From IMG/VR virus record IMGVR_UViG_3300020814_000535: 64,000 nucleotides of DNA. One strand, 5' to 3'. The position numbers were made by a program, and so were the translations under genes. The DNA is from a virus. Its lineage: Duplodnaviria > Caudoviricetes. The notes under the pieces were generated by a model that saw only the letters and a list, made by a program, of their open reading frames with translations, searched no databases and was not told the origin of the DNA. Shown here piece after piece: positions 19,997-29,926 of the stretch (position 1 is the stretch's first letter; every line of letters starts with the position of its first letter).

Positions 19997-22375
19997 TTAA
20001 TACTCCCAAATACGGTAAACAACGTAGATATGAGCAAGATAAAAATCCCCTGCTCCGGCCTGGCTTTCAAAATGAATAAAAGGAGCTTTTAAATCATAGG
20101 GGTCAACTGTATCTAAATCACTATTGATCTCTGCTAATCCAGTTATGTAAACTGGATCCTCGGGATTGAACAAAAGATGCGAGTCTGTTCTTTGCCAAGC
20201 TGTGCTTTCTCCAGCGAATCTATAAGAAAAGTCAGCAGGGGCGCCTATGGGATCTCGACACAGATCTTTATATACATCTATTTCTGAAGACGGCCTGCTT
20301 GCATCGAGATAATTTTCCCTACCTAACGTGATAGATAGGTCTCCAACATTAAATCCCTCTACGCTTTTTAATGCCATCTTCATATTTACTATAAGGTACC
20401 GAACAAACGGTATCTTTATATAGGCAAAGGCTTGAGTTTGAGTTGCTCCTGTTTTCTTCATCATAACCGCTGCGCCGCCATATGAAGAGAGGATCTCCAC
20501 CTCTTTCGAATCTATTGCCCGACTATCTCCCTCGTTAATGCCTCCGTTGTAGACTGAAAAATCATTGGCGGAAATATGCCATAATCTTGGTTTTCCCCAT
20601 CCGCCAGGTGAAATACCAGTCGAGCCAGAATCGCCGTAAGTTGAATGGTTGTAATGCCCGGCGTAATGCTGATTGGCCTGAATAATGCCGCCTCTGCCTT
20701 CTCCCATCGTTATCGAACGATCTTCAATTGATATTGCGCCATTAGTTCCGAAAACCGGAGCTATTCTTGCCCCTTTTCCAGAAGTACTATCATAAAAATT
20801 AATTGTTTTTTTTGTCGAATTATTCCCGTATAACAACAATCCCTGATAGATGGGGTCGTAAAGCATTCTCGTGCCATTCGTCGAGTCTCCAAAACGGAGT
20901 CCGTAGGAATATCCAAGAAGATTTTGATGGTTGTCTGCGCTATTGACCGAAAGGAAAAAAATATCTCCAAGCATTCCGTTGCAAAATCTGTCTCTCTCTG
21001 CCGCGTTATATCCACCTCTATGTAGATACTGAGGATGATGATCGTTGAGAATAGCCGGACGAGTCCAGACGTCTGTTGCGATTCCTAACAGACCGGCCAT
21101 TTCTTGTGGATAAAAGTTGTCTTTAAGAGAAGCATGGTCGATTGGTTTTGACGGGAAAGTCCCATTTAGATCTGAATGGTCGTGATCAAGAAAGGCTTTG
21201 GTCAGCGCTGAAAGAGTATCTCCAATAGACGTGCCAATAGTGATTAACTTCAATCCAGTCGAAGGGTAATACACAGGAGTATGAGTATCTCTAGACGTTA
21301 AAGCGTCAGCGGGATAAGCAACTCCCACGTTACTTGTACACCACGCATCTAAAGCCGCCCCACTAGCAACAAGAACATATTTACGAGGAGCAACGGGGCT
21401 TAAACTTGAATCCTCGGCATAAAAAGTGACCCCATCTAAAATCGTTCCAGTTCCCGCAGAATCCCAAAGATAAAGCATTCCCGCTGGAAGAACACTTTCA
21501 AACGTCCAATTATCGGTAATAACTTTTGGTAATCTATAGCGATAGTGTTCCCCGTTATCGCCTGTCGCCGCTTGGACAGGAGTCCCGCTATCGTCAAAAT
21601 GTTGCCAAAAAGTTGTATAGGCACTCGTCGGATCTGTTTGCATATTATAAGTATTTGAAGAAGCATCGTAAGGACTTTGTGGCGATCTGTCTAAAAATCT
21701 AGTCGAGTCTAGGGGTCCACGAGGAGGAAGGAAGATTATATATCCAGCCGAATTATCTACATTATTCTTGTAGGCAATCTTGCAACTTGCAAAGCTATAT
21801 GAAACTTCCTGAGCTGGATCTGGAATAATATTAAACGTTGAATTTGCGCTAAGATCTCCGCAAGCAGCTGGAGTATAGGTTAATACCCAATCTGCTTGAG
21901 CTGGTAGATTTGTATAAACTCTTCCCGTACTATCGTCTATCGACCAGTCTGTTAGGCCAGTCATTAAACCTCTAGTAGTAGGCGTATTACTTGGAGTGCT
22001 TGTGCCAGACCACGAAAATGATGACAGGCTATGGGCGGGTAAGCTTAAAGTAATCTCATATTGCCCAACATCAGAAGAAACCACTTTATGCGAATAAACC
22101 TGCGTTGTATCCAAATAAGGAATCATTGGGCCAGACAACTTTGAAGATCCCAGATATCTTGCAATATTAGGAATCATTAGGGCATAGGTAGAAACCCCAG
22201 CGCTTCTTAAAAAAGAATCTCCGGCTTGATTCCAGATATCTCCAATTGCGTATTCCGCAATACCAAAAGCATTCCTGGTCTCAGTAGAAAAACCCTGCAT
22301 CTTGGTCGGAGCGACAACCTCGCCCTGCGAGAATGTAACTGCAATCGGGAAAGTCCTTCTTAGTTTATCTGCCAA
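19997..22375 (-). CDS. tail fibre-like protein
   Basis: His motifs 'DHDHS', 'DHASL', 'NDHHPQYLHRGG' followed by a beta-rich C-terminal head. Confidence 0.5.
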   Translation of the reverse strand: MADKLRRTFPIAVTFSQGEVVAPTKMQGFSTETRNAFGIAEYAIGDIWNQAGDSFLRSAGVSTYALMIPNIARYLGSSKLSGPMIPYLDTTQVYSHKVVSSDVGQYEITLSLPAHSLSSFSWSGTSTPSNTPTTRGLMTGLTDWSIDDSTGRVYTNLPAQADWVLTYTPAACGDLSANSTFNIIPDPAQEVSYSFASCKIAYKNNVDNSAGYIIFLPPRGPLDSTRFLDRSPQSPYDASSNTYNMQTDPTSAYTTFWQHFDDSGTPVQAATGDNGEHYRYRLPKVITDNWTFESVLPAGMLYLWDSAGTGTILDGVTFYAEDSSLSPVAPRKYVLVASGAALDAWCTSNVGVAYPADALTSRDTHTPVYYPSTGLKLITIGTSIGDTLSALTKAFLDHDHSDLNGTFPSKPIDHASLKDNFYPQEMAGLLGIATDVWTRPAILNDHHPQYLHRGGYNAAERDRFCNGMLGDIFFLSVNSADNHQNLLGYSYGLRFGDSTNGTRMLYDPIYQGLLLYGNNSTKKTINFYDSTSGKGARIAPVFGTNGAISIEDRSITMGEGRGGIIQANQHYAGHYNHSTYGDSGSTGISPGGWGKPRLWHISANDFSVYNGGINEGDSRAIDSKEVEILSSYGGAAVMMKKTGATQTQAFAYIKIPFVRYLIVNMKMALKSVEGFNVGDLSITLGRENYLDASRPSSEIDVYKDLCRDPIGAPADFSYRFAGESTAWQRTDSHLLFNPEDPVYITGLAEINSDLDTVDPYDLKAPFIHFESQAGAGDFYLAHIYVVYRIWEY

Positions 22376-22384
22376 AGTATCCTC

Positions 22385-24811
22385 CTAGCTAATAGAGGTA
22401 ATATCAAAGCTATGAACCAAGCTTCGTCCTGGCCAAATGTCTGGGTCTGAAGTCTCATTGACATCTAGGAAACAGATTCCACCAAGTGCCGAAGCCAGTG
22501 TAATAGTTGATGACTTCAATCTCCAACCGAACGGAATTCGTTTTCCAATCAGGTCTCCAGGCAACATCGCAGCCAAAATACTCGAAATCTCAGACAACGA
22601 AATATTGTTCAGATCTTCAATAATCCACAAACCACTCATGTGAGGTGGAATCGTTATCTGAAGACTAATCTCATTACTGTAAACCCATTCTCTTGTTATT
22701 GCGTTCCAGGCCTTCGCCTTAATTTTAACAGAAGTTGGCGCAACAATAAAATAGGAATAAAAATCGCCGGATGGAGCATCTAGAGTAAATGAGCTTGTAT
22801 CGTAAACAATGTCATATCCAGTTGGGTCCAACGCAATAATATCAATCGGTTGGAATGGAGAAACAGACGGAGTTGTGTAATCATGAGGGTCTAGGGCTGT
22901 ATTGTCGTCCGTAGCCACAAGAATCTTCTTGCCTGTATTCGTGCTTCCGAATAGAGCTGGACGAGCCAGATCCCACAGCAATCGATGGGTAGCTTCGTAA
23001 TCAATTGCTTTTGGAGAAGTAGTTGTTGTGCCGGGAACATTTCCAGTAGACCCCGTAATAGACTCTTCATCAAAGAACTGAGAATAGTAAGACTCTAGTT
23101 GGTCTTCCTCTGTATCTGGAACTGTGTAATCTCGATAGCCAAGGAAAGGATCATCAGTCAGAACTTTAAATAGAAAGACTTCGTCTTCTCCACCTTCGAT
23201 TTGAAGGCTAGAGAGTCGGAGCTTAGTTATTTGGGTTACGCCTGGATATTCAGGAGGAGCGACAGTGGTAGCCATCGTAGTTGTCTGCTCACCAATCTCA
23301 TCAATCATTGCAGGGGTATTATAATAGGTTTTTGCCTGGCCTTCAGCATTGGTTACAGCTTCAATAGAAGTCTCGCCGCCACTAAAATACCCAATCGTAG
23401 GCGAGCTAGTAATCTCAAAAGTTACATCGATATCTTCAAGCGGAAGTCCTCTTCTGTTATAGACTGTGGCAATTAGGCTGGCATACACATTGCCAAGATA
23501 AACGGGGCCAAAGACATCTTCACTGATTTCATCCAACTCGGCTTCTAATATGATCGAGAAAGGCTGATAGGATTCGTCAGTTACAAATACAAACCCTCGA
23601 TCAGAATACTTTCGAATCATATTGGCGTTTACGTCTAGGCAAAGAAGATCGTCTGTTGCATCTTCTGCTTCGTATTCAATCTGCAGGGTTTTGTAATACG
23701 AGGCGTATACGGAATAACCAGCCAAAGAAGCGAACCCAGAAACGTCTCCTCCACCAGTCGCAACAATCACACCAGGAAACTTAAAGATACCAAGATCATA
23801 ATCAACTCCAACTTGATATTCTTCTAACTCCGTATCCAAGCCAGCAATAACCGTCCATTCTTGATACACTCCAGAACCTTCTAAAGTTGTATAGACCTTT
23901 ACATTTTTAGAACTATCTATCGGGGAATATTGAGTATAGATTAGCTGCCCATCCGAACCATTAAGATATCCAATCAGCACACTTGTCTCTCCTGTAAACC
24001 CTCCTACTGCTTCACAGAATTGATCGTTAAAAACAAGAGATGGATAGGTTGCTAATCCAGACCAAGTAATCACAAATTCTGGTCTGCCAGCGTCGATGTT
24101 GTGATAAAGGATTGCTTCGGTATCTTCGTTGTAAGTATCTTGGCGAACATTGTCGGCATCTCGAATTCCTGTGAATCGAGACTTCTGTCTAACGTCAGTA
24201 CTGACTAAATACTTACATTGTTCGCTATCCCAAGCGTACTGCCTAGCTACAATTGGAACGCCGATCTTTGGGCGGTTCGTTAAAGTCACCTTATTCATTG
24301 AAGTCGAAATGCCGGGAACTACATCTGCATACTCTAAGTTAATGTATTCAGAATCATCGCTGTGTAGATAACTTCTCTCGTCGTAAATAAAGTAGTTGCC
24401 GTGCTTTATCCTCAAGGCCCAAATGTTTTGATAGGTGTCTGCGTGCCACAATCCAGAGACCGTAACCTTTTCAATCTCGTCGAGTTCAAGGTCTGTTCCG
24501 CCGCCAATTCCTGAACGGAAATAGCTCTCTGTAATGCCAGAAGTTGTGGCATCATAAATTGTAGGAACAGCAAAGTTGTTCTTCATTTCTTCGTCAATCC
24601 AAACCATCTGGTCCCACTTCCAGCCTTCAATTTTGTTAGCTGTAATAGGATGAGCTTCGTCTGTGTATTTAGATCTAAAAGCTATCTTAGCTGAGTCATA
24701 GGAGTTTGAGCCATGATAGCTCCCTAGCTCAGCAAAGGTGATGCCTGGAGGAGAGATCCCGACGGGAGAGACGGCTGCAGACGAAACTACGTATCCAGAA
24801 GGTACGGTCAA
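22385..24811 (-). CDS. baseplate structural protein with a bacterial Ig-like (Big_1-type) domain
   Basis: 'ATVYNRRGLPLEDIDVTF...AVTNAEGQAKTYY'. Confidence 0.6.
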   Translation of the reverse strand: MTVPSGYVVSSAAVSPVGISPPGITFAELGSYHGSNSYDSAKIAFRSKYTDEAHPITANKIEGWKWDQMVWIDEEMKNNFAVPTIYDATTSGITESYFRSGIGGGTDLELDEIEKVTVSGLWHADTYQNIWALRIKHGNYFIYDERSYLHSDDSEYINLEYADVVPGISTSMNKVTLTNRPKIGVPIVARQYAWDSEQCKYLVSTDVRQKSRFTGIRDADNVRQDTYNEDTEAILYHNIDAGRPEFVITWSGLATYPSLVFNDQFCEAVGGFTGETSVLIGYLNGSDGQLIYTQYSPIDSSKNVKVYTTLEGSGVYQEWTVIAGLDTELEEYQVGVDYDLGIFKFPGVIVATGGGDVSGFASLAGYSVYASYYKTLQIEYEAEDATDDLLCLDVNANMIRKYSDRGFVFVTDESYQPFSIILEAELDEISEDVFGPVYLGNVYASLIATVYNRRGLPLEDIDVTFEITSSPTIGYFSGGETSIEAVTNAEGQAKTYYNTPAMIDEIGEQTTTMATTVAPPEYPGVTQITKLRLSSLQIEGGEDEVFLFKVLTDDPFLGYRDYTVPDTEEDQLESYYSQFFDEESITGSTGNVPGTTTTSPKAIDYEATHRLLWDLARPALFGSTNTGKKILVATDDNTALDPHDYTTPSVSPFQPIDIIALDPTGYDIVYDTSSFTLDAPSGDFYSYFIVAPTSVKIKAKAWNAITREWVYSNEISLQITIPPHMSGLWIIEDLNNISLSEISSILAAMLPGDLIGKRIPFGWRLKSSTITLASALGGICFLDVNETSDPDIWPGRSLVHSFDITSIS

Positions 24812-25747
24812 TTACTCACCCCAGTATCCTGGAAATACACTTACAAGTTCGTTGATAATGTCTGCCCCGACCATCGTTGTTTCTCCATGTTCATATGTTC
24901 CATCGTCTTGAAGGATCTGTTCAAACATCTTAACTCTAAAGTTGTCGTTTGTTACATCATGCAATATTACAGGAGAAGCCAGTGCGTTAAAAGGAAAAAC
25001 GGTATAACAGTATCTTACCGTAGTATTAAGAACAGGAATAGAATAGACATCCACAATCCCAGTTGTGTAATCAATATAATAGTCGCCCGCGCTATCAACC
25101 TCGCCAGCTGTATCTTTCTCTTCTTTAAATACAACTCTGTCTTCAAAATAGACTGTTCCTGGGCATAACCAGCGTCTAATGCGGAACCTGTTGCTTTGCG
25201 GGACGTCTTCAACATCTATCCATTTTCGATTGTCCTGATTCACAATAGTCATTGAGCTTGTCCACTGATCAACCTCGGGACAAACGCCGGCTTCAAAATA
25301 GGCAGACTGATTAATTCTGCTGACCAGCCTACTGTATACCTCAAAACCCCCTGCATCATATCTGTCCAGAGTACAATCCAAAGTTCCATTTCGATAGTCT
25401 GAATAGAGATAAACATACACGCCATCAAACTTCACATAGGGATCTGGGGCAATAAAAGCTCCATTCCTCAACTTTGGATTAACCCAAATACCGTCATAAA
25501 CACTGAGGCCCAATTCTCTAGTGATGCCATAGATAAGTCCGAGGTAAGCGGAATTGGCGCGGCGTGAATAAACTTCCTCTAAACGAATCTTGTATTCATA
25601 ATCAGATTCATTCTTTAGTCGTTTTAGACTAAGAGGAATCCCATGTTCATCTAAGGCTCCAAATGCCGTATAGGGAGTTGGAGTTGAAATGATTCTGGTT
25701 TCATAGAGATTAAAATAATGATGGATAGAAGAGGTGGTCGTTGGCAT
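24812..25747 (-). CDS. baseplate wedge-associated protein
   Basis: 'LDEHGIPLSLKRLKNESDYEYKIRL' resembles the wedge (gpI/J-type) helical motif; ATG at 25747 in a TAATG overlap. Confidence 0.55.
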   Translation of the reverse strand: MPTTTSSIHHYFNLYETRIISTPTPYTAFGALDEHGIPLSLKRLKNESDYEYKIRLEEVYSRRANSAYLGLIYGITRELGLSVYDGIWVNPKLRNGAFIAPDPYVKFDGVYVYLYSDYRNGTLDCTLDRYDAGGFEVYSRLVSRINQSAYFEAGVCPEVDQWTSSMTIVNQDNRKWIDVEDVPQSNRFRIRRWLCPGTVYFEDRVVFKEEKDTAGEVDSAGDYYIDYTTGIVDVYSIPVLNTTVRYCYTVFPFNALASPVILHDVTNDNFRVKMFEQILQDDGTYEHGETTMVGADIINELVSVFPGYWGE

Positions 25748-27399
25748 TATTCTTCTCTCCAAACAGTCACGCTATCATATTCGTCTCTCAAGAAGAGAAT
25801 CTTCTTTTCATAGTCGATCAACATAGTGTCGTAAAATCGGCCGATCTTGTGAACTGCTCCTGTTTGATCTCTTAACCAAATGAAGTTGTCGGAATCAAAA
25901 TCAATTCCCGTGACAAGATTGGAGAGCCCGAGAGTTTCTAGATCGTATTCTCCGACAGGAAGAAGCTTTGGCGAATAGACTACACAACGTTTATCTGTCT
26001 CTTTTGTTCCGTCCTCGAAGTAGGTCTCTAGGATAAATGTGTAGGTGCCCGCTGTAGAAAGAGTTAGTTCAACCGGCTGTCTTAGATAGCGAGTTCTTGG
26101 CTCTCCGTAGACATAATAGTCTGTCGCGGAATTGTAGGCCTCCATGGTCCCGTCTTCTAGAAGACCCCATCTATTCCCATTCTCGTGCTCAATAAAGACC
26201 CTGTGTCTATCGATACCCTTCGAGGGATTTCTCCAGAAGAGTTCCAAGGTCAGAACCTCTCCTGAGATAACGAAATCAGAATCTGTTTCAATCCGACAAA
26301 CAGGATCTGCATCTTTCCCCGCAAGGGTTTGAAGATTGATATACGGGAGATCTGCGCTGTAGCAGTAGAGCTTATGATGGGTTGTTACCCAGATTCGATC
26401 TGAATGTGGTTCTACAGCCAAGTCGGTAGCGTCAATTGCAATCTCGTCGCTATCAACTAACTCTTGAGAAATCTTTGCGTGCGTGCCCACAAACCCATCT
26501 ACTTTCATTTCCAATTCAGGATGGTCGTAGACAACAAAGTCCAGGGTTGCTGCTCCCGGAGAACCACTTCCAATGGCCCAGAAAGAAGGAATGTCTAAAC
26601 CAGTGTCCTCGTCATAATCAATGTAATAATTTGTTTTGTAAGGGGGATTCTGGAAATCAAACATTGTGACTCTTACATCTACATCATCTGACGGGTCTGC
26701 ATTGTAAATATACAAGCCGCTTACGGAATAGAATTTATTTGTCGTCTGCCACTTTTCGTCATAAATTAATCCGTGTTCCTCGGTTAGTTCGGTGCCAGAT
26801 TGAGTCTCTCCGATCAATTGGACTGTTCCGCGCCGAACCTCGTTCATTGTATTCAGACTTAAGTAGGTTGTCCCGCCGCTTACAGTAACATGGAGTTTGT
26901 TTGGGATTCCCACCAAACCAGAATTGGCCAGAGGCTGGAGTGGGCTTGTAGAGGCAAATCCAGAGAAAAGCGTATTGACTGTGTTGATATGGCCAGCTGT
27001 ATAGTCTTCCAAAATAGAGATTCTCGAAGGAACGGCTTCCTTCCAGAAGTTAAAAACACTATTGTCATCCGCCAAACTTACTTCAAAGAATTGAGTCCCA
27101 ACCATTCCTGAAACAGTCGGGGGCAAATAATTACTTTCCATGTCGTCTTCATCTTGTTTGGCAAATTCAAAATCTCCAGGAAGATTAACCCTGTAGTGGA
27201 GACCTAAGTCATTTGGATAGGTCGTTGAGAGATGGAAGTTTTCGGTTGTGTCCTGCAGTTGTTTGAAGACATCTTCGAATGCGACTCCTATCGCATTAAA
27301 GAACTGGAAACCAACACTCTGGATATCCCTTCTGGTATCCGACCAGTCAGGAAAAGAGTTAACTAATCGCTGAGTTATTCTAGCTCTTTGATTAGCCAT
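25747..27399 (-). CDS. baseplate protein
   Basis: follows baseplate J; N-terminal 'LVNSFPDW' wedge-like motif; beta-rich C-terminus. Confidence 0.55.
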   Translation of the reverse strand: MANQRARITQRLVNSFPDWSDTRRDIQSVGFQFFNAIGVAFEDVFKQLQDTTENFHLSTTYPNDLGLHYRVNLPGDFEFAKQDEDDMESNYLPPTVSGMVGTQFFEVSLADDNSVFNFWKEAVPSRISILEDYTAGHINTVNTLFSGFASTSPLQPLANSGLVGIPNKLHVTVSGGTTYLSLNTMNEVRRGTVQLIGETQSGTELTEEHGLIYDEKWQTTNKFYSVSGLYIYNADPSDDVDVRVTMFDFQNPPYKTNYYIDYDEDTGLDIPSFWAIGSGSPGAATLDFVVYDHPELEMKVDGFVGTHAKISQELVDSDEIAIDATDLAVEPHSDRIWVTTHHKLYCYSADLPYINLQTLAGKDADPVCRIETDSDFVISGEVLTLELFWRNPSKGIDRHRVFIEHENGNRWGLLEDGTMEAYNSATDYYVYGEPRTRYLRQPVELTLSTAGTYTFILETYFEDGTKETDKRCVVYSPKLLPVGEYDLETLGLSNLVTGIDFDSDNFIWLRDQTGAVHKIGRFYDTMLIDYEKKILFLRDEYDSVTVWREE

Positions 27400-28635
27400 T
27401 TATTCATTAGTCCTCAAGCCAAACTTGCGTTCAAACACAACTGGATCTGCGGAAGTAGATTCAATGATTATTCGTTCATCTTCATTCGGAGTATAGTCTC
27501 CAAGCAGTTGTTCTGGAACTCTATTATCTTCTAAGCGACTGAGTTTGTAGATCCAAGACTCATCGATTGGATTTTGATAAGATCCGAAAGCGGAGATATT
27601 GTCATCAATGTCGTAAAGTCCGCCCATCATCCTATCCGCAATAAACGTCTCACCAAGGTCTAGGCCATTAATAAAATCTTTTACACTGTCCTTAAGCATA
27701 TTCTCAATTTCATCTAACTCATCTTCTGTTTGTCTCCTCTTGTACCAAACCCTTGTCTTCATCGAAAAGCCAAGCTCTTTTTGCTTCTTAATAAAGGCAA
27801 TTGAACCATAGCTTTGCTTGAGAGAAACTCGGCTAGTTACATTATCAACCAAAGTGTCAGAAGCTGTTGGTGTAACAGACTTAAGGATAATACCAAAAGT
27901 TCCAATGCCTTTATAGTTCTTTTTCATAATGACATCTGCAACTCCAGGAACTGAAAGGGCTGCTAGACGAAGGGATGTTTCATTGGCCGCTTCTGCATCA
28001 AAGACTTTCTTAGAGAGCCTGTATTTGTAATTGGTATCACTTTCTACATCTTTTCCACTTCCGATAGGATAAACGTTCGTAACCAGAAGAGTTGAATTCA
28101 GATAATCTGTGTAACTTATGAAATCATGATAGACCAACATGTTTGAGCCAACATTGTAGGAAGATCCAGGGCTAATCGCCTCTACTGAGGCCCAGGCCTG
28201 ATTTGCAGAGGCTCCACATGTCAGATCCGACATAAGGCGATAGACAATGCCGCTAGCACTCGCTTTGGAAGAGATGAGGGTTCCACGAGAGATAATGATC
28301 GGATTGCTGCTATTGATATTGCCGAAAGTTCCCGACTTTACATAGAACTTAACGTTCTGGAGATCTGATTCTGCCACAGCGGCATAACTTGGCTCTCTCG
28401 GCTCTCCCAACATGACCCCAAAGAGATCTAGGAACTGGCCTGAAGCTCCAGACAGAAAAGCCCTCATCAGGTTGATATCGAACTCCTGATAGGCAACCCT
28501 GAGAAGCTTGCTGACGATATCAAGAATAGCCCTAGCTTTCCCGCCAGGGGTTAGACGTGTAATGGCCGTATTCTCCGTTAACATCTGGAAAACTTCTTGT
28601 TGAATCTCTCTTTCTGTTTTAGCTAGGAACGGCAA
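27400..28635 (-). CDS. baseplate J-like wedge protein
   Basis: 'ASGQFLDLFG', 'VEAISPGSSYNV', 'GKDVESDTNYKYRL', 'ALSVPGVADV'. Confidence 0.9.
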   Translation of the reverse strand: MPFLAKTEREIQQEVFQMLTENTAITRLTPGGKARAILDIVSKLLRVAYQEFDINLMRAFLSGASGQFLDLFGVMLGEPREPSYAAVAESDLQNVKFYVKSGTFGNINSSNPIIISRGTLISSKASASGIVYRLMSDLTCGASANQAWASVEAISPGSSYNVGSNMLVYHDFISYTDYLNSTLLVTNVYPIGSGKDVESDTNYKYRLSKKVFDAEAANETSLRLAALSVPGVADVIMKKNYKGIGTFGIILKSVTPTASDTLVDNVTSRVSLKQSYGSIAFIKKQKELGFSMKTRVWYKRRQTEDELDEIENMLKDSVKDFINGLDLGETFIADRMMGGLYDIDDNISAFGSYQNPIDESWIYKLSRLEDNRVPEQLLGDYTPNEDERIIIESTSADPVVFERKFGLRTNE

Positions 28636-28646
28636 CTGTGGCCTCC

Positions 28647-29117
28647 TTAAATGTCAGCAGTTAGCTGGGGAGGTTCTTGAAGGAAGAAAACACCCTTCTC
28701 CATGTAGTTAAAAATAAACTGAATAACCAACAGTTGGTTGTTCTTTAATCTGTTGTAAGCCGTTGAAAGGGCTCCAATGCGAAGGATAATCAAAAGCTCG
28801 TGTCGATGTACGGGCAGTATGCCAATCGAAATATCTTTCTCGTTAACAACACCGAGCGCAGCAATGCAAGCTTTAAGGCGATCGTGAATTCTATTGGAGG
28901 TCTCTTTTACATTCGCTTCCCCAACAAAATCATCCAATCCAGCACCAATGCCAGGATAAAGCTCCCAGTCATAAAGACTGCTTTTTACAACAGTCTGAAT
29001 TTCCTGGACCAACGACATAAGGGTATCTTCTGAGGTGTCTGCTAAATCACCATCTTCGATTACAAGATCGCCACTGCTCGTCCATTTAAGGTCTATAGAA
29101 TCGTAATTGTCGGCCAA
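28647..29117 (-). CDS. baseplate wedge/sheath initiator (gp25-like)
   Basis: 'GDLVIEDGDL', 'WELYPGIGAGLDDFVG'; directly precedes J. Confidence 0.75.
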   Translation of the reverse strand: MADNYDSIDLKWTSSGDLVIEDGDLADTSEDTLMSLVQEIQTVVKSSLYDWELYPGIGAGLDDFVGEANVKETSNRIHDRLKACIAALGVVNEKDISIGILPVHRHELLIILRIGALSTAYNRLKNNQLLVIQFIFNYMEKGVFFLQEPPQLTADI

Positions 29118-29129
29118 TATCCTAGCCTC

Positions 29130-29465
29130 TTAAACTAGCAAGCTCATAAAGAAAGCCACATCTTTTGCTATGTTAACCAATCCTACAATAGGAGGAATTG
29201 GGAGATGAGAGGGAAGTGGAGAAATAATTGTCGAAGGAATCATTTTGGTCATGTCGGGCATCTCAACAAACAAGCCGCCCCTGCGCACGCCTGTACCGTC
29301 TGTAATAAAAGAAACTTTTCCCTTTAGGAAAATACCATTCTCCGTTACAGAGATAAAATTATTTGCATTCCCAATGATTTGGGCAGCTTTATTAGAGAGG
29401 GTAATTCCTGCCTCTGCATCTTTGGATGCCTTAATGACTCTTTTTCTAGGATCCTTTTTTGCCAT
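29130..29465 (-). CDS. putative baseplate spike-associated protein
   Basis: short beta-strand repeats; lies between hub and wedge; AAAGGA SD before ATG 29465. Confidence 0.45.
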   Translation of the reverse strand: MAKKDPRKRVIKASKDAEAGITLSNKAAQIIGNANNFISVTENGIFLKGKVSFITDGTGVRRGGLFVEMPDMTKMIPSTIISPLPSHLPIPPIVGLVNIAKDVAFFMSLLV

Positions 29466-29476
29466 TAATTCCTTTC

Positions 29477-29887
29477 CTATGGCGTAAAAATTTCCCAAAG
29501 TCCCGTTTCTACATCGTTCAACAACTCTTCTTCTTGGCCTGGTTTTGCATCAGGAGCATGTGTAATTGTGGCCATCGCGTCAGAACCATCTGGAAATCTA
29601 TATTCTACATGAACTCCCCAACCAATAGTAACTGTTCCGAACTTCTCTCTAATTTCTTCTGCTGAATGAACAAGCCTAATCCATTTATCCTGCGCTATCA
29701 TAGATCCGTCGTTTCTATTGTAAGCTTTAATAGAGAGAGGAGATTGTCTAACTTGAGATATTATGCCATCTATTTTATGTAAAGATTCTAATGCTCCAAC
29801 AGAGCCAAGACCTGATTGTCTCTTTTGTTCGCCCGCGAGCGTAGACGCATACCCCATAACAGGACTAAGTTTGCCCGTAGAAGACAT
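29477..29887 (-). CDS. putative baseplate spike N-terminal (OB-fold-like) protein
   Basis: position after the hub; alternating beta pattern. Confidence 0.4.
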   Translation of the reverse strand: MSSTGKLSPVMGYASTLAGEQKRQSGLGSVGALESLHKIDGIISQVRQSPLSIKAYNRNDGSMIAQDKWIRLVHSAEEIREKFGTVTIGWGVHVEYRFPDGSDAMATITHAPDAKPGQEEELLNDVETGLWEIFTP

Positions 29888-29890
29888 ACT

Positions 29891-29903
29891 ACGATTATTT
29901 CAG
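29891..29903 (-). promoter_or_regulatory. conserved motif CTGAAATAATCGT, candidate leaderless promoter
   Basis: 12/13 identical to 46822..46834; both end 3 nt before a start codon that lacks an SD. Confidence 0.5.
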
Positions 29904-29926
29904 TTTTTTAGATTTCTGCCAAGAAG